Both the position numbers and the translations under genes were made by a program. The notes under the pieces were generated by a model. That model worked only from the letters and a program-made list of their open reading frames with translations, had not been told where the DNA came from and did not search any database. 44,358 nucleotides of DNA from a virus (taxonomy: Duplodnaviria > Caudoviricetes): positions 1 to 44,358 of IMG/VR virus record IMGVR_UViG_3300048857_000049. One strand, given 5' to 3'. Below are positions 18,098 to 26,773 of the stretch, piece after piece. Numbering within the stretch: position 1 is the stretch's first letter; every line of letters begins with the position of its first letter.

Positions 18098-18883
18098 TCA
18101 GAGGGTGGTGATGGTGGCGACCGCGAGGGCACGTCGCGGAGCAGACGGCGCGACCGTGTCGGACTTGGCCCCGTCGGGCTCCTCGTCCGTGTTCGGCGGC
18201 GTGTCAGCCTGGCTCGGCTCTTCGGTCGGTCCCGCGGCGGGCGCCTCGGGAGTCTTGGGGGTGTCGCCCTTCTCGGGCTCGGCGGACTCGATCACCTCTG
18301 CGATCGAGTCGCGCGCCGCGACGAGGGCGGCGTAGTTCTTCTGCGACAGGACCCGACCTGCCTTCGCGCCGGCGGCGAGCCGCTGGGCCTTGACCGCGAG
18401 CAGTTCGGTCTCCTGGTTGACCCCCAGGAGGCACGGGCCGACCTCGTGCAGCTTCAGCTCGCGCAGCGCGTACACCTCGCGGCCCGCGACCGTCTCGAAC
18501 CCGCCCTGGAGGATGTCGTAGGCGAACGAGAACTGCGTTACACGGCGACCCTTGAGCAGCCGGTACACCTGCGCGGCCTTGGGGTTGTCCTCGAGGTCGT
18601 CGATCTGGGCCCGGATCCACAGGCCCTCGGGTCGCTCTTCTGCTGCGAGCGCCCGGCCGAGGTGGGCGAACGGGTCCGCCCAGTCGTGGGACCAGATCAC
18701 GGGCAGCGGGTCGCCCTTGGCTGACCACCGCTCGAGGTCCGCCTTGAACGCCCCTGGCATCACGACGTCGCCGTAGGAGTCCTCGTTGCCGAACACCGAG
18801 ACGATCGCCTCGAACTGCCCGTCCTCGAGGCCGTCCTGTTCACCTACGGCCTTGACCGCGGCCCGGAAGTCCTTGGTGTGCAT
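18098..18883 (-). CDS. HK97-family prohead protease
   Basis: SVFGNEDSYGDVVMPGAF, PVIWSHD, FSFAY, LHEVGPCLLGVN motifs. Confidence 0.92.
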   Translation of the reverse strand: MHTKDFRAAVKAVGEQDGLEDGQFEAIVSVFGNEDSYGDVVMPGAFKADLERWSAKGDPLPVIWSHDWADPFAHLGRALAAEERPEGLWIRAQIDDLEDNPKAAQVYRLLKGRRVTQFSFAYDILQGGFETVAGREVYALRELKLHEVGPCLLGVNQETELLAVKAQRLAAGAKAGRVLSQKNYAALVAARDSIAEVIESAEPEKGDTPKTPEAPAAGPTEEPSQADTPPNTDEEPDGAKSDTVAPSAPRRALAVATITTL

Positions 18884-18903
18884 GCGCCCTCCTCCGGGCT
18901 CGT

Positions 18904-20940
18904 TCACGGGATGGTGATCTCGCTGATGCAGGAACAGCCCGCGACCTCGTCCACTCCGCCCGCGGAGTCACCCGGCCACGCCATCCCGTTCGAGTAGAGG
19001 TCGTCGATCCCGACCGTTTCCCCGTTCATGGACGCGTGGGACGGGCGAGGATTGCCGGATGTGACGACCCACGTCTTGGTGACACCGGGGCGCCCGAGCT
19101 GGCGGCCGACCTCCGTCGTCGCGAACGACGCCAGGGTGGTCGCGAGCGTGCGCCCGCCCTGGTCCGCCCGGGTCGACTCGGCGAGGTCAAACACGCCGGC
19201 CGGTGTCGACCCCTCCGCGCCCTCAGCCAGATCACCCGCCAGGGCGGAGCGGATCTGGTCCCGGGTCGTGGAGTTGATTGCCCCGGCGCGCGACTCGGCT
19301 ACCGCCCGCAGGAACGCGCGCGTCCTAGCGACTGAGTACACGTCAGGGTCGACACCGAGGGCGTCGAGCGTCTCCGTCGCGATACCCTGCGAAACGGTCA
19401 CGGCCAGCGCGTACAGGTCATCCGCGAGTTCACCGTTCCACCGATCCTCGTCCCACCACTCATCGACGGCCTTGCCGCCGATCGCCGACAGGACCGTCTT
19501 GCGCTGCCGCTTGAAGAACCGACGCAGCACCTCGCTCGAGGTGGCCTCGTCCTCCTCGCGCGCCTTCGCCTTCACCTTGAGCGGGGCGTCAGACGAAGCA
19601 CGCGTCACCGACTTGGCGCCCCGGGCCGACAGGTTCTGCGACCCAGAGTCCCTCGGAGACGCCTGCCCGCCCGTCAGCACGTTCAGCGGGACCACGAGCT
19701 CGTCCGCGCCGTCAATCTCGGGCAGGTTCAGTCGCGACCGGGCCTCGCCGCGCGTCATGTACGGCGCGCCAGTCGCGGACTGCAGGTACTGCGCCTGGTC
19801 CTCGAACGCGCCGCGGAGCTTCGACTCGACGTTCGCCTCCACGTACAGCGATCGATCGCCGGCGAGCTCGGGGACGAGCTGTGCGTTGATGGCACCCTCC
19901 CACGCCGCGATGTACGGCCCCAGGGAGTCGCGGTACAGCATCTGCCGGAACTCGCGGACGTTCGAGTAGTTGCCCTGCTGTGCGCCGACCAGCTCCGGGG
20001 CGATGTGGTAAGCCGCGGCAACCTCGATCGCCGTCAGCCGTCGCCCTTCGAGGTCTTGGGTGTCCTGCGGCTTGAACGCATCCGCGCTGTGCAGCTTCAT
20101 GCCGTCTTCGAGCAGCGGAACACCGCCCGCGTTCGGGCCGTCCCCGGTGAACGCGGCACGGAAGCCCGCTCCGAAGCGCTCCTTGGCCTCCGGGGACCAG
20201 GTGGCTCCGGCGGGTCGCTCGATCCACGCGGGGACGCGTGCCCCGTTGTTCCAGACCTGCCGGCGGTACGTGACCGCCTCGGCGGACTCCGCGAGGACGT
20301 CCGCAAGGGTCTCGAGCGGGGACAGGCCAGCCGACTTCGGCGCGTACCCGTGGTCGAACATCAGCAGGTCGAGGTCGAGTTTGCGCCACCCATCGACGTC
20401 GTCCGCCTGTCGGGTCAGTGCCTCGCCGACCCAGAACCACGCCCGGATCACGCGACCAAGCGCGTCAACGTCGAACTTCAGGCGCCAGGCCGGGACTCGA
20501 ACCAGGCCCATGCCGCCGTCGTCGCGGGGCTCCATGATCACAGCCCACTTGTCGTACAGCAGGCCATCCGACAGCACCGCGTGCCAGAATCGGAACGGCG
20601 AGACCCGCGGCTCGGGCGACCCCAGGGTTCGCGAGAGGACGTGATCGGTCACGCGCCGGCGGTCGGAGTCGGACACGCGCTCGAACGTGTGCAGCGGGAT
20701 CCCCGCGATGTTCCGCGCGCAGAAGTCCACGACCTTGCGCACGTTCGGCTGCGTCCGCCACACCGCCTCGACTCGCGCGCGGTGCAGCTCAGGCAGCGGC
20801 ACTCCCGGGTCCGCGACTGGGATGCCAGCACCCATCCACGGCTCGTACGGCGCCGGGAGCACGCGCTGCGCAGCGTCGTAGGTGTCGAATGGGAACTCCG
20901 GGACCCGATCCATGCCCAGAAGGCGGCTGATGAAGCCCAT
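18904..20940 (-). CDS. Portal protein fused to a Mu gpF-like head morphogenesis domain
   Basis: HK97 portal motifs (GLSPLE, NGARV, NAGGVPLLEDGM, NYSNVRE) followed by KTWVV..PRPSHASMNGETV..WPGD..AGCSC. Confidence 0.9.
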   Translation of the reverse strand: MGFISRLLGMDRVPEFPFDTYDAAQRVLPAPYEPWMGAGIPVADPGVPLPELHRARVEAVWRTQPNVRKVVDFCARNIAGIPLHTFERVSDSDRRRVTDHVLSRTLGSPEPRVSPFRFWHAVLSDGLLYDKWAVIMEPRDDGGMGLVRVPAWRLKFDVDALGRVIRAWFWVGEALTRQADDVDGWRKLDLDLLMFDHGYAPKSAGLSPLETLADVLAESAEAVTYRRQVWNNGARVPAWIERPAGATWSPEAKERFGAGFRAAFTGDGPNAGGVPLLEDGMKLHSADAFKPQDTQDLEGRRLTAIEVAAAYHIAPELVGAQQGNYSNVREFRQMLYRDSLGPYIAAWEGAINAQLVPELAGDRSLYVEANVESKLRGAFEDQAQYLQSATGAPYMTRGEARSRLNLPEIDGADELVVPLNVLTGGQASPRDSGSQNLSARGAKSVTRASSDAPLKVKAKAREEDEATSSEVLRRFFKRQRKTVLSAIGGKAVDEWWDEDRWNGELADDLYALAVTVSQGIATETLDALGVDPDVYSVARTRAFLRAVAESRAGAINSTTRDQIRSALAGDLAEGAEGSTPAGVFDLAESTRADQGGRTLATTLASFATTEVGRQLGRPGVTKTWVVTSGNPRPSHASMNGETVGIDDLYSNGMAWPGDSAGGVDEVAGCSCISEITIP

Positions 20941-20964
20941 GCACCCGCCCTCCAAGACGTCTGA

Positions 20965-22503
20965 TCACAGGACGAAGATGTCTGCGTCCTCGTAGGCCGA
21001 CCTAGTCGGTGCTTCCTCGCGCTGCAGCGCATGCCACAGGGCTCCCGTGACCGCCACGAGAGGAGCGATATCAGTCGGTGAACGCCGGCGATCCCACGCC
21101 ATGCCGCCATCGGTCAGGACCCGCGGCACCGCAGTCGCCGCCGCCACATCGAGAACGGGCTGCGGCAGGTGGCACAGGCCCTCACGCCGCGGCTCAGCGC
21201 CGTCCACCTCCACGAGCGCCGAAGCGTTCACGAGGTCATACAGGCGGGCCGTCGCGTTCCCTAGGTCGGCACCGCCCCACCGCACGACCGACAAGCCCTC
21301 GACCTGCTCGAGCTCGTCGATCAGCGACGACGCCGGCGCCCCGCGCTCCTGCACCACAACCGTCATCGGGCCATCCGCAGACGCCCGGTCGCCAAACCAG
21401 CGCACCGGCCAATCCGTCCCAGCCCGCGACGCCACCACTTCGACGTGCGGGAGGCCGTCCTCGCGCATCCCCGCCACAGCGATGTGCGAATGCGTCCGGT
21501 CCGCTGACACGTCCAGGCAGAACGACAGGCGAGCGCCATCCGGGATCGACGACTCGGCGTCGATGCCGCGCTCCCACTGGCCCCGAGGGAACGGCCCAGA
21601 GTCGGCCGCGTCATCCCGCCACCAACCACACCGCTCCCGCGCGAACCCATCAGGTGAGAACCGCGCCCGCTCTCCCTCGATCACGTCGAACTGCAGCGCG
21701 TACGTCCCGTTCGAGCGCTTTAGGTTCAGGGCCGGGTTCGTCGCGAACCACACTCGCTTGTCGTTCAGGTTCACACTCCGGTCAGCGATCGACCACTCCG
21801 CCCACGCCAGACGCTTCGGCTTCTCACCCAGCGCCTCCGTGCGAACCCGCTTGAACACCTCACCGTTCGCGAACGGGCCCGGCGGAGTGCCCGCGAAGAT
21901 CCACTGCGGGTTCCCAGACGGCGCCGAGGACGTCGTCGGCATCAGTGCCTCGAGGGCGTCCTCCGACAACTCCTGCGCCTCATCCATGACCAGCACGTCG
22001 ACCGTGAACCCACGCCCAGAGTTCTTCGACCGCGCGACCAGCTCCACCGAGCCGCCGTTGTGGAGGAAGATCCCCTCCTGGCCATTCACGTTCCGGACCT
22101 CACGAACCAGCGCGTTCAGCTCCGGGAACTTCGCACCCGGATCCTCGGCCTTCGCCCCAAAGAAGTACTTCAGCCGGCGGAAGTGCTTCTGAGCCGTCTT
22201 CACCTCATGCGCCGTGTGCAGGATCTTCTCGGCGCGGCCCACCATGCCGAACAGCTCACGGATCTCAAGAACGCCGTTCTTGCCGTTCTGCCTCGGCACC
22301 GCCAGGCCGCACGTCAGCGCCGCCCACTTCCCACCGCGGTCCGCGAGCCAGTCATCAAGCACCAGGCGCTGCCACGGATCAGGCGCCATCCCGTAGTCCG
22401 CAGCCAGATCCGCCGCCAGATCGCCGTACGTCAGATCAGCCAGCGGCCGAACGTGAACCCGCGGCTCCTGATTGCCGCTCCCGGAGACGCCGTTCGAAGT
22501 CAC
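20965..22503 (-). CDS. terL: Terminase large subunit
   Basis: PWQ Q-motif, Walker A VPRQNGK, Walker B VLVMDEAQ, GTPP, C-terminal nuclease (LDVSAD..DIAPLVA); GAAGGAG RBS before the GTG at 22503. Confidence 0.95.
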   Translation of the reverse strand: MTSNGVSGSGNQEPRVHVRPLADLTYGDLAADLAADYGMAPDPWQRLVLDDWLADRGGKWAALTCGLAVPRQNGKNGVLEIRELFGMVGRAEKILHTAHEVKTAQKHFRRLKYFFGAKAEDPGAKFPELNALVREVRNVNGQEGIFLHNGGSVELVARSKNSGRGFTVDVLVMDEAQELSEDALEALMPTTSSAPSGNPQWIFAGTPPGPFANGEVFKRVRTEALGEKPKRLAWAEWSIADRSVNLNDKRVWFATNPALNLKRSNGTYALQFDVIEGERARFSPDGFARERCGWWRDDAADSGPFPRGQWERGIDAESSIPDGARLSFCLDVSADRTHSHIAVAGMREDGLPHVEVVASRAGTDWPVRWFGDRASADGPMTVVVQERGAPASSLIDELEQVEGLSVVRWGGADLGNATARLYDLVNASALVEVDGAEPRREGLCHLPQPVLDVAAATAVPRVLTDGGMAWDRRRSPTDIAPLVAVTGALWHALQREEAPTRSAYEDADIFVL

Positions 22504-22678
22504 TGAGACCAGTCTCCTTCGGCTCCTCCTGCTCACCACCACCGAGCTCATCGATCTGCTTCAGCACATCCGTCAGCAGCCGACCCAGCACCGCGTAGTT
22601 CTGATCCGACTCCGCGCCAGCCATCCGCGCGATCAGCCCCTCGCGAAGCTCCTCGAGGTCACTCAGGCGGCTCGCCAT
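22436..22678 (-). CDS. terS: Terminase small subunit
   Basis: 80-aa helical protein overlapping the terL start; GGAGG RBS. Confidence 0.75.
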   Translation of the reverse strand: MASRLSDLEELREGLIARMAGAESDQNYAVLGRLLTDVLKQIDELGGGEQEEPKETGLSDFERRLRERQSGAAGSRSAAG

Positions 22679-22785
22679 CGCGCACCTCCAAGGCGGGGGG
22701 TCCCCCGGGGGGGTATGGCCACTGCCGGCGGACTGTCCGCGCGGGGAGGGGGTGCCGTGATCGGGACGCCCCTACCCGCGCCGGG
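22679..22785. other. Candidate cos / packaging region
   Basis: Non-coding gap between HNH and terS with G/C homopolymer runs; the usual position of 3'-cos ends in HK97-like phages; exact cut site not determinable. Confidence 0.5.
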
Positions 22786-23067
22786 TCACCAGGTGCGGGA
22801 CTGCAGGCCGATGTCGAAGTGTGCTTCGCCTGCGCCTTTGGAGGAGTTGCAGGCTTTGTGCGCTGCTACGAGGTTGCCTGGGTCCTCGCGTAGTTCGGGG
22901 TGATCCCGCCATGAGAGCCGGTGGTCGACGGTGAACGACTCGGGCGTGTTGCGTTCGGCGGTGTAGTCGATGGGCTGCCGGCAGTAGTAGCAGGGGTCTT
23001 TGCGTGCCCGGACTTGCGCGGCGAGGTGTCGCCAGCGCGCCCCGGATCGCCCTGCGGACTTGTTCAT
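22786..23067 (-). CDS. HNH endonuclease (terminase-associated)
   Basis: CYYC..TVDH..NLVAAHKACNSSKG. Confidence 0.92.
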   Translation of the reverse strand: MNKSAGRSGARWRHLAAQVRARKDPCYYCRQPIDYTAERNTPESFTVDHRLSWRDHPELREDPGNLVAAHKACNSSKGAGEAHFDIGLQSRTW

Positions 23068-23474
23068 GGGGCACCCCCGGTGGGCGGCCTACCCGGGGTG
23101 GCGCCGAGCGCCCCCTTGAGGGCTGCCCGGTAGTCCGCGTCGACGAGCCGGATGGGCAGGTCGCAGCCGCGGCAGTGGCGCACGGTCTCGTTGTAGGCGG
23201 CGGCGTATTGACCACAGTCGGGGCACATGGCCCATGCGCATGCCGCGTGCGTGTCGAGGTCGCGGAGTACCTCGAGGTGCACGGTGCGCCGCTCGGCCCC
23301 GACGTGGGCGCGCACTTCGACGACCTGCCGTGCGTTCCGTCGGCGGGCGTTCGCGCGGTCCTTGCCTTCGGCCCACCGCTTCTGCTTCCAGTGTCGCCGA
23401 CACAGGCCGAGGGCTAGGTGTGGCGCGTCGCATTGGGGGACCGCGCAGCCGGTGTGCAGCCTCGCAGCCCCCAT
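23064..23474 (-). CDS. Cys-rich zinc-binding hypothetical protein
   Basis: CAVPQC..GLCRRHW, CPDC and CRGC motifs; ATGA overlap with HNH. Confidence 0.65.
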   Translation of the reverse strand: MGAARLHTGCAVPQCDAPHLALGLCRRHWKQKRWAEGKDRANARRRNARQVVEVRAHVGAERRTVHLEVLRDLDTHAACAWAMCPDCGQYAAAYNETVRHCRGCDLPIRLVDADYRAALKGALGATPGRPPTGGAP

Positions 23475-23605
23475 GCCCTCGCCTCGCTGTCTATCGGTTT
23501 GGCCCCGCGCCTCGTCTGGCTCGCCTCGCTGTCCCGCCAGGGTGTTGACCGAGGGCCCGGAGACGTGGGCGGGGTGCTTATGGGGTGTCGGTTGTGCTCA
23601 CGACG

Positions 23606-23637
23606 AAGGCCCGGTCGCGTGTTGCGATCCGGGCCCT
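23606..23637 (-). terminator. Promoter-proximal hairpin in the late leader
   Basis: AGGGCCCGGATCGC-AACAC-GCGACCGGGCCTT then CGTCGT; weak U-tract. Confidence 0.6.
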
Positions 23638-23656
23638 ATCGATGGACGTGGTCCAC

Positions 23657-23693
23657 TCAAGCACATAGTGGTGCTCGATTAACGTTTCGTCAA
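23657..23693 (-). promoter_or_regulatory. Late promoter
   Basis: -35 TTGACG (23693-23688), 17 bp spacer, -10 CACTAT (23670-23665), in an AT-richer patch directly after the late regulator stop. Confidence 0.75.
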
Positions 23694-23698
23694 GTGGC

Positions 23699-24451
23699 TT
23701 AGGCTGCGACTTTCGCTGGCCGGCCTCGTCCTCTGAGTGCGAGCTGGCGGGCATCGTCGAAGTGGTACAGCCCGTCGCCAGCTTCGATGAGTTCTCCGCG
23801 GCGGACCCAGCCGTCGAAGGTGCTGGGCGTGCGGGGTGTGTCGATGACCTTGAGCGCCCGCAGGATCTCGCTGCGGGTCATGAGTCGGGCGGTGAGCTGG
23901 TCGGCGATGAACTCTCGCTGCTCGACGTGCGTGAACGGCCGCCCGCAAGCTCGGCACGTCCCGGCCTCGCGCCCCTCCCGCAGGTACAGCTCGCCGTCGC
24001 AGTTGTCGCCCTGGCAGGGTCCGACGTAGGCGGGCGGTGCGGGTCGCTCGAGCGTCTTGCGGACTCGCTCGCGGTAGTCGTTGGCGTCGTCGCAGAACCC
24101 GAGCGCCATCGCGTCGTCGTCGGTGGTGAAGTGCCCGTAGCGCTGGGCGACCTCACGCAGGAGCCCGGGCATCGCGGACGTCGTCGGGGTCCAGTCGGTC
24201 TCGTCGGCGAGGATGTGGCCGTAGAACCGTGCCACGTTCTCCTCGATCTCGTGCATGAGGTCGGACACGTGCACGTCGATGGGCAGACGCGCGTCGTCGG
24301 AGGTGGAGACGGACACGCCGGTAAGGGCGCTGCCGCCGCCTGGCCGGAGTCGCGCGGCGAGATCGGCCCAGTGGGCGGCGATCCACAGCAAGTCATCGCG
24401 GGCGGCCAGGGCGACGAGGCGGTCGACGCCGGGCTCCTCGGCGGCGGTCAC
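23699..24451 (-). CDS. Putative late gene regulator (zinc ribbon plus C-terminal HTH)
   Basis: GPCQGDNC..TCRACG zinc ribbon and TPSTFDGWVRRGEL..LYHFDD winged-HTH end; last early gene before the late promoter. Confidence 0.7.
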   Translation of the reverse strand: MTAAEEPGVDRLVALAARDDLLWIAAHWADLAARLRPGGGSALTGVSVSTSDDARLPIDVHVSDLMHEIEENVARFYGHILADETDWTPTTSAMPGLLREVAQRYGHFTTDDDAMALGFCDDANDYRERVRKTLERPAPPAYVGPCQGDNCDGELYLREGREAGTCRACGRPFTHVEQREFIADQLTARLMTRSEILRALKVIDTPRTPSTFDGWVRRGELIEAGDGLYHFDDARQLALRGRGRPAKVAA

Positions 24452-24687
24452 GCGGCGGGGCCCGTGGGGGGCAGGTCGAGCCAGCGGCGGACCGGGGCCT
24501 CGAACACTTCGACGGCCGCGTCTGCGTCGACCCTGTTCCTGCACGGCCAGGCGGGCAGGTCGCGGTGTCGCGGGCAGTAGGCGTTGCCGCGATCGTCTTC
24601 GATCGGGTCGTGGTACTCGGATGCGGCGACGGCGAAGCGCCAGAACGGGAAGTTCAGTAGGGCGATGGCGGCCGTTTTGATGGTCAC
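24448..24687 (-). CDS. Hypothetical protein
   Basis: GGAGG RBS; CPRH..WPC motif; GTGA overlap with the regulator. Confidence 0.65.
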   Translation of the reverse strand: MTIKTAAIALLNFPFWRFAVAASEYHDPIEDDRGNAYCPRHRDLPAWPCRNRVDADAAVEVFEAPVRRWLDLPPTGPAA

Positions 24688-24724
24688 GTTTCCTCCGTGG
24701 CGGGTCGGTGGAAGTGCTGCCCTG

Positions 24725-24730
24725 ATTGTA
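24725..24730 (-). promoter_or_regulatory. -10 hexamer TACAAT upstream of the 24687 gene and late regulator
   Basis: Near-consensus -10 in an intergenic AT-richer patch; no clear -35. Confidence 0.55.
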
Positions 24731-24906
24731 CAGGCCGGCTAATGGTGAGACCAGGAACAACACGTGCCCCTTGTGATCGGCCTTCAGTGTTGTTGGGTTC
24801 GTCTAGTTGCGGGCTGGTCGAGCACTGTCGGTCGGGTTCCGTTGCCGCTCCGCTGTCGAGGCGTGGCGGCTGGTGACCGTCTTCCGGACCCGACCAGCCC
24901 GCGGTC

Positions 24907-25068
24907 TCAGGGGGCGCGGCAGTCGCCGTCGACCCAGGACATCTCGCGTTCGATGCAGGCCATGTGCTCCAGGTGGTTCCGCTCGTCCCGGATGCGCTGG
25001 TCCCGCTCGGTCGGGTAGCAGCCGGCCAGGAGTAGCGCACACGCGGCCAGCACGACCGCCCGCCTCAC
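24907..25068 (-). CDS. 53-aa lipoprotein (MRRAVVLAACALLLAGCYPTERDQ..DCRAP)
   Basis: Hand-translated ORF absent from the track; basic N-terminus, hydrophobic core, LAGC lipobox; GTGA overlap; GAGGAG RBS. Confidence 0.75.
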   Translation of the reverse strand: MRRAVVLAACALLLAGCYPTERDQRIRDERNHLEHMACIEREMSWVDGDCRAP

Positions 25069-25439
25069 GGCTCCTCCCCAGCGGCGATGCGGTCAGCGTG
25101 GGCGACGATGAGAGCGCCGCCGTCGTTCATTCCGCGCTCGTAGTCGTCGGGCACGTCGATGCCCACCGGCACGGGGGAGTCGAGGATGTCGAACGCGATC
25201 AGCGGCCGAGCCGCGTCCCGGAGTGCCTGTGCCGCGACCTCCCGGTCATGCTCGGCCAGCCAGCGGTCGAAGGCGGACACGTCCTCGGCCGTACCCTGCA
25301 TCCACCAGTCGCGGACCTCGCCGGTCGTGGGGGTCCAGCCGGGTCGCGATGCTCGGGAGAGATAGCCGTCGCAGTAGGGCGGAGCGCACAGGCCACGGCT
25401 GCTCGCGGGGCAGGGCATGCGGTCCTCTTCGTCAGTCAT
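25065..25439 (-). CDS. Hypothetical protein
   Basis: AFDRWLAEHDREVAAQALRDAA module common in actinophages; GGAG RBS. Confidence 0.7.
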   Translation of the reverse strand: MTDEEDRMPCPASSRGLCAPPYCDGYLSRASRPGWTPTTGEVRDWWMQGTAEDVSAFDRWLAEHDREVAAQALRDAARPLIAFDILDSPVPVGIDVPDDYERGMNDGGALIVAHADRIAAGEEP

Positions 25440-25443
25440 TGCT

Positions 25444-26139
25444 TCACTCCTCCGTGCTGGTTCCGATGGGGTGGCCGAGGCGGCGGAACGACGCGGCGCC
25501 GGACTCCAGCAGCCCGGCGGCCTTGATGAAGTCCGACCGGTTTCCCTGGTTTAGGCCGCGTAGGACGTACCGCTGTGCCATGCGGGCTAGGGCGTAGGCC
25601 CCGTGGCGGTCGTCGTGGGCCGCGTCGTACCCCTTGGCGACCTGACGCTCTCGCTCCTCGGCGACCTCGGCGTGCTCCGGCTCCGCCTCTCCAGCACGGG
25701 CAGCGGCGAGGGCGGCACATGTGACGCGAGCCCCGGCGTCCGCGCCCTCACGGAAGGCCGTTCGCAGCATCGATCCACGGGGGCTGCCGTCGTCGGGATA
25801 CAGCGCCCACGCCTCCCGCTCCACGGCGTCGTCGTCCACGCGAGCAGCGGCGAGGGTCTGGCGGTGGCCGTAGTAGACGTGCCGCCAGGTGGGCGAGCGG
25901 CGCATCGCGAACCCGCCGCCGTGCTCGTCGGCGTGGTGGGCGGCGGCGAGGTCGTCGGACACGTCGCCTCCCGCCTCGGTCGGACCCGACGCCTCGGCAG
26001 GGGCAGCGGCGAGGGCGCGGCCGACGATCATCCCGACCTCGGTGGCGTGCTGCGCCCCTACGTACTCGGCGTCGGCCCGCTCGACGGAGTCGTATCCCGT
26101 GGTCGGCTGCGGGGCGGCGTGCTTCTCGGACGCGCCCAT
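25444..26139 (-). CDS. Mosaic hypothetical protein with a C-terminal ERxRQ..G(Y)..HD helical domain
   Basis: TGATG overlap; the C-terminal domain resembles the 26770-27084 product. Confidence 0.7.
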   Translation of the reverse strand: MGASEKHAAPQPTTGYDSVERADAEYVGAQHATEVGMIVGRALAAAPAEASGPTEAGGDVSDDLAAAHHADEHGGGFAMRRSPTWRHVYYGHRQTLAAARVDDDAVEREAWALYPDDGSPRGSMLRTAFREGADAGARVTCAALAAARAGEAEPEHAEVAEERERQVAKGYDAAHDDRHGAYALARMAQRYVLRGLNQGNRSDFIKAAGLLESGAASFRRLGHPIGTSTEE

Positions 26140-26228
26140 CACTGGTCTCCGCCCATGAACATCGACGCGAGGAAGGCGAGCGCCACGGCCGCCAGGAAGC
26201 CGATCAGGACGAACTCGGGGAAGGCCAT
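26139..26228 (-). CDS. 29-aa single-TM microprotein (MAFPEFVLIGFLAAVALAFLASMFMGGDQ)
   Basis: Hand-translated; TGATG overlaps at both ends exactly fill the gap. Confidence 0.7.
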   Translation of the reverse strand: MAFPEFVLIGFLAAVALAFLASMFMGGDQ

Positions 26229-26773
26229 CAGCACATCGCCTCCTCGATGGCGACACGGATCTGCTGCACCTTCTCGTCGGGGATGCCGCCGAGCGCGATG
26301 ACTGCCTCTACGGCAATCCCAACTCGCACCGCCTTCGTGTCATCCCAGGGCTGGGCGATCAGCCCAGCCTCCATGAGCCGGTCAACCATGCGCTCAGGCA
26401 TGTCGGACTCGTCGTCGTACAGCGACTCGGCACCTGTCCGGGACACCGCCTCGTAGGAAGCGGCCTCGGACCGGAGAGCGGCGACCGCGCGCGCGATCTG
26501 CGACGGCCACCCCACCTGGTCCGTCGTGGCCGGCTGCGGGGCGTCCGGGCGGAACAGGACCGTCATGCTGCCCTCGACCTCGGCGACGATGCCGCTGTCG
26601 GCGGCATGGTCACGGCTCGGGTAGTGGTACCAGGTCGGGCCGAGGGCGCCATGGCCGCGGGAGAGCATCCCCGACCGGCCCCTGACGATCGCCCCGACGG
26701 GCAGCGCGTCGAGCTCGGCCGCGGTCCGGATCTCGCCCGTGCGCGCGACACGGGACGTACCGGCGGCGGTCAT
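26228..26773 (-). CDS. Hypothetical protein
   Basis: IRTAAELDALPVGAIV..TVLFRP module common in actinophages; ATGA overlap. Confidence 0.7.
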   Translation of the reverse strand: MTAAGTSRVARTGEIRTAAELDALPVGAIVRGRSGMLSRGHGALGPTWYHYPSRDHAADSGIVAEVEGSMTVLFRPDAPQPATTDQVGWPSQIARAVAALRSEAASYEAVSRTGAESLYDDESDMPERMVDRLMEAGLIAQPWDDTKAVRVGIAVEAVIALGGIPDEKVQQIRVAIEEAMC

